A stretch of 64,000 nt of DNA from the NCBI GenBank assembly GCA_043228905.1, contig JBHGNT010000005.1, positions 24,304,001-24,368,000 on the forward strand, read 5' to 3'. Positions 58,894 to 64,000 of the stretch are shown here, piece after piece. A program made the translations under genes and the position numbers. A model generated the notes under the pieces. The model was not told the DNA's origin. It worked only from the letters and a program-made list of their open reading frames with translations, and did no database searches. The DNA is from Azolla caroliniana (lineage: Eukaryota > Plantae > Polypodiophyta). Each line of letters opens with the position of its first letter. Position 1 is the first letter of the stretch.

Positions 58894-61800
58894 ATTTTGT
58901 CTCTTTGAAGATCACTTTGCTGTGCGAGATGTTATTGTATATGCCGCACATAGGGTTGGCAAAAAGCAATTAGAGGGAAAGTCTTCTAAAGCTATTGTTT
59001 GTACAATCCTTGATGAACATAAAAGGGCAATGATTCTAGATAGTAGTAAGGTATACTTAAAAGGGACAAGTTTTTTTGTAATGGAGGATAGAACTCCACA
59101 AGAGCAAGAACGTAGAAGGCAAGCATATTCATCGAGGAAAGCAAATCAAAAGGCATAGCAAACAACAACCTATGGGACTATAAGTGTTTCACGATTGAAA
59201 GTAATGTTTTGGAATTGTGTAGGATATCCATCGAATAAGGGTTTAGGACTCAATGATGTAGCTCAAGGTATGGATATTATATTTTTGACTGAAACATGGG
59301 AGCATGAGGCAAAACGTATACCTAAGATAGACGGTTACCTCATAAAATCGATATGGCCTCACTCCAAAGGGAATATTGGGTGTGTCGAGATAGCATGTAT
59401 CTACCATGAGAGCTTAGATAATTCTATCAAAGTATGCAAATATGATGACTATAAGAGATACATATTGATAGAGGTTAATTTGGGGAAAGAGAAGTTGTAT
59501 ATAGTTGCATGTTACATTTCTCACAAAGACTCAAACTACTATAGTAGGTTTTGGTTAGATTGTGATGATCCTTTTACATAATTATGCCATGGTATACTTT
59601 CATTTGAGAAGCTTGGTAAAGTTTTAATTATGGGAGACTTCAATGCAAGAGTTGGAAATTTTCCAAAACGTGGCGACATTTGAAGAAAATGTAATAGAAC
59701 ATTGTCTATTGCATGACTCAGAGGATTGTGTCATGTCTGATTATGGAAAACTTTTGATACATATGTTAAATTGCACAAACTTGATTATCCTAAATGGCAT
59801 AAAGGCATTCCCATTGACAAATGTGCTCACATGTTTACCATCCTCGGGTGGAGGAAATGAGGTTGATTACACATTAATGTTCGCTAGTTGGTTCTCTATC
59901 TCCGGACTCAGACTACAAGCCATTGTACCTAGAGCTTGCAATTCCACATTTCACCAATAGATGCCATGGAGTGAAGGATGAAAAAAGATGTATCATACAA
60001 CCTTGTTACGAAAAAGCTAAGATGTATGCAAATGAAGTGGAGAACCATTTGTTAAATTTTTCTCTAAGCAACAATGTTAAAGAAAATTGGCAACATTTGA
60101 AGGATATCATCCTTAAGGCTGGGTATCGATACTTTAAGAGGCATGTGGGTGGGGATAAGACGTGTAGTTTTCCATGTAATTATTGGTTCGACAATGAATG
60201 TAAGATGTATCTCAAATGGTTTAAGTCCATAGAGGGGGAAAATGAAAAGATTATTGCATGGCACCTATATAAGAAAGTAGTGAGGAGAAAGAAAAGAAGA
60301 TATTTCCAAATGCAAGAGATGAAAAGGAAAAACTTGTTTAAGCTCAAGCCAAAATTAGCATGGGGACAACTCAAAGGTGAGAAAGAAGATGTGAAAGACC
60401 ACTTTACAAATGAAGAGATGTTTTACTATGTACAAAGGCTATATATGCATGACGGTGTGGCTCCTATGGTTGAGAAAATTGAAACACCATGCACTACATG
60501 TATCGATATTGATGATTTCAATAAGGGAATAAAGAAGATGGTGAGTGGGAAAGCAGCAGATGCAACCTACATCTCAAGTGAGCTTTTAAAATGGACAATG
60601 CCACATACTCGTCATTGGATAATGACAATAATAGAGCAAGCTATAAAACAAGGATTTCTAAATGATTGGCTTATGAATTGGATTAAACCAATATTTAAAG
60701 CCGGAGATAAGAATCAAGTATCAAATTATCGTACAATAATGGTGAGCTCAACTATTGCTAAATTATATAGCACTATTATGGAGCAAAAGATAAGCACATG
60801 GGCTGAAAGTACAAGTAAAAGAGCACTTGGGCAAGCAAGATTTAGACCAAAACACTCCACTATGGATCATTTGGTCACATTGAGAGTAATCATGGAAGAG
60901 AGTCGACTACAAGGAAAAACACTTTATTGTTGTTTTGTTGATTTTAAGAAAGCTTTTGATACCGTACCACGAAGTGAGCTCTGGAATAGAATGGTAGAGA
61001 TTGACATGCCATTAGAGTACCAAGTTGTTGTTGCACGCCTATATGAACAAGTAAAATGCCACTAAAAATGGATAGTGGATTCTCAAAGCACTTTTTAAGT
61101 AACATGGGGGTCAAGCAAGGATGTCCACTATCACCCACACTTTTTGGCTTATGTATTGATAAATTAGAAGAAGTGATAAATAAGGTTACAAGAGAAGAAG
61201 GATTGAATGCTCCCAAATTGATGCAACATGTTATCTTATTGCTTCTATATGCTGATGATGTGGTACTCTTCTCACATGATGTTGATAGTATGCAAAATTT
61301 ACTTGGGGTATTAGAAGAATTTTGCCATAGTAATGGACTAGCAGTGAATGTGGATAAAACAAAAATGATGGTAGTGCAAACCATTCAACCTCATCATTAC
61401 CCTATGCTCACATATAGAGGTGAACATATACAATTTGTTCAAAGCTTTAAATATCTTGGTATTGATGTACCTACCACAAATAAATGGAGTGCATGCTTTG
61501 ATTCTAGGCTCCAAGCCGGTTGGAAATCGTATTACCTTTTGGAGAACCAATGCAACCAAAGTGATACTTATGGATGGGAAGTAAAACTAATGTTGTTCAA
61601 TGCTATGGTAACTCAAGTATTGCTTTATGGAGTAGAAGTATGGGGTGGCACCATCTCTCTTAATGCATGGAATGAGATTGAGAAAATTCAAAATATGTTT
61701 TTAAGGAGGCAATTAGGAGTTAAATGCACTACCTCTTACCATGTTATGCTCTTGGAAACAAGTGTTCAACCCATAGAACTATTGGCACTCCAAAAAGTAT

Positions 61801-62570
61801 ATAAATACATTACAAAAGTCAAGAATATGTCGAATCATCGATTACCACATCTTGCTTTGAATGTTGGATGTAAGCTACAAAAGAATCATAAAAGTAAGAT
61901 TCTCTCATCCGGTTGGGTTGTTGACATAAGGAAATGGTTTAGAAGATGGGGTTTGGATGATCTTTTAAAGCTTTCGGGCAATGCTATGCAATATGTAATG
62001 ATTGAGGAAAGGTTGGTGGAATCATTAAGGATGAAGTGAGAAGATGCTAAGAGGACAAAGCTAGAATACTACATTGCAAATGTCAACCCTCAATGTTGGT
62101 CTCAATATAAAGCAAGAATGTCTATTGATCGTATCCAACCTTATTTCATTACCAATATGAGTAGTAATGCTCGTAGAGCCCTTACACTACTTCGCACTCA
62201 ATCTCACAAGTTAGGTATTGAAGTTGCATCATGGTATCAAAATGTAACTAATTTGAAGACATGCAAAGTATGCAACGAAGGCATGGTAAAGGATGAGTGT
62301 CAATTGCTCTTCACATGCTCGACATATAGTGCAATTCGTTCAAGATATGCTAGCATACTAAGAGGGAGTGATAACGTAAGTGCCATACTTAAGACACCAC
62401 CGAGAAGTTGAGCTCATATGTGTTTGCTTTATTCACACATAGAGATTGTGTGCTTCAATGTATGAATACCCCTTCTTAGGAAGGAGACATATCAAGAACG
62501 CATGTATACTCTGGTCCCATGGGTCAAAATTGGCCTCTTTATGGGCAATAAAAATTCTAATTCTAATTCT
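58894..62570 (+). mobile_element. 5'-truncated degenerate LINE, RTEX/CR1-group-like
   Basis: ORF1 tail (HRVG..AIVC..LKGTSFFVMEDRT); APE domain (MFWNC, IFLTETW, MGDFNAR); RT (FVDFKKAFD, GVKQGCPLSP, LYADD); C-terminal CKVC..FTC finger; (ATTCTA)n tail at 62553-62570. Confidence 0.9.
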
Positions 62571-62619
62571 TTCTCTTAGGTCAAAATTAGACTCATCATG
62601 GACTATAAAATCTCTCTCT

Positions 62620-63730
62620 CTAAAGATCGGATGTGGAAGATCTCCTAAAGATGGGATGTTATGAAATATGTAGTTACTGAGGAAAGATTAATTGACCCAC
62701 TAAGGAAGATTCAGTGGAAAGATGCTAAAAGGACAAGTTTAGAATATTACATTGCAAACATAAATCCTAAGTGTTGGGTTCAACCTTATTGATCATATTC
62801 AACCTTACCCCATTACTAACATGAGTATTAACTCTCGTAGGGCTAGGGATCGGCAATAGTTCGGTTTAGGCTTAACTGGTTTGGCCTTATCCAAGCCAAA
62901 CCGGTTAAGCCTAAACCGTTTTGGGGTTCTCAAACCTGAATAAACCAAACCAAACTGATCCCTAAACCAGTTTGACCTAAACAAGTTTGTGAACTGGCAT
63001 GGGAACTGGCTTGGAAACCGAGTTGTGAACCAATTTGGAAACCTCCCTCCGTCTCTCTCTCTCTCTCTTCTCTGTGTAGTCTCCCTCCCCCTCTCTCTCT
63101 CTCTCGTCTGTGTAGTTTCTTTATTTTTTTGGTAAAAGCACACAATTATATTAATTGTATGCAAAATCCACTTTGTTAAAACACTTCTTAGTCTCCTCTG
63201 CCTATCATATGCCTATGTGGGGGGAGGGTCATTCTCTAATGCTACTAAAAAACCTGAATATGCATTTGAGGAAATGATCCCCACATGCTCTAACATCCAT
63301 CGTCTGTGTACTCTCTCTCTCTCTCTCTCTCAAGTGTCTAACTAATTTCTAACTTTGAAGTTTTTCTTTAATCTAACTAGTAAACCACATAACTGGCTTA
63401 GCCGGTTTGAGGCAGTTTGGCAAGGCTCGAGACAGGCCAAACCGAGCTCAAACTGTTTAGTCAAGCTCAAGCATGAGCCGAGTCACTAAGCTGTTTTAAA
63501 CCGGTTTAGGCTTGAACTAAGTTGTTGTCGGTCCCTACGTAGAGCCCTAACAATCTTTCGCACTCGATCACACAACCAATTATTGAAGTTGCATTATGGA
63601 ATCAAAATCAACCAAATATAAAGGCATGTAAGGTATGCAATGAAGGGCCAATAGAGGATGAATATCACTTGCTTTTTACATGCTCTACATATAGTGCAAT
63701 TCGTGAAAGCTATGATGATAGCTTTAAGGG
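62620..63730 (+). mobile_element. Second fragment of the same LINE family (3' region), split by a MITE
   Basis: Colinear with 61940-62370 (KRTSLEYYIANINPKCW; CKVCNEGPIEDEYHLLFTC). Confidence 0.85.
62844..63537. mobile_element. hAT-type MITE
   Basis: TIRs TAGGGATCGGCAA/TTGTCGGTCCCTA; 8-bp TSD CGTAGGGC/CGTAGAGC. Confidence 0.85.
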
Positions 63731-63921
63731 TTTCTTTCTTTCTTTACACTACTAGCACTACATCCTAGGTTCGAAACCCAATTGTCTCACCTCTTAAGGA
63801 CTCCTAAATATCTCTTATTTCACTAATATAGATGTCACTATGGAATATTTTAGGGGTTAAACCCATGACACCACCTTGTCTCCATTGGGCAACCTTACCA
63901 ACTGAGCTACATCCATCTAAG
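63731..63921 (-). mobile_element. tRNA-derived SINE-like element, second copy
   Basis: Minus strand reads GATGGATGTAGCTCAGTTGGTAAGGTTGCCCAATGGAGAC..., with (GA)n upstream and an (AAAG)n tail. Confidence 0.72.
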
Positions 63922-64000
63922 CTCTCTCTCTCCCTTTAAATAATGGTTTTCATTACGAAAGAAAAAAAACACCACCATGACTAACTTACCACAAAGTATA

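Overview
Eukaryotic land-plant DNA, probably a non-seed plant such as a fern or lycophyte (inferred from the TE families, not proven). Bases 1-~51,915 are a GC-rich island of nested LTR retrotransposons. It holds several Ty1/Copia elements (Tork/Tnt1-like and Ale-like, tRNA-iMet PBS), a split Tcn1-like chromovirus, and at least eight pieces of one unusual non-chromoviral Ty3/Gypsy group (tRNA-Trp PBS, DHG protease motif, FLDD RT motif, 4-bp TSDs). These pieces include a young intact copy (29321-36585) and a two-LTR mini element with a 69-bp interior. Bases ~51,915-64,000 are AT-rich and hold a 6-exon caleosin/peroxygenase gene (minus strand), nested hAT MITEs, a solo LTR, tRNA-like SINEs, an RTEX-like LINE and microsatellites. 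The strongest signals all concern the Trp-primed Gypsy group: (1) a conserved -1 frameshift cassette (G_GAU_UUU, stop codon, covarying pseudoknot) placed between protease and RT; (2) every readable insertion site is centred on CpG; (3) a covarying stem joins the 3' UTR to the U3 terminus across the PPT and survives in the mini element. All comparisons were made by eye.
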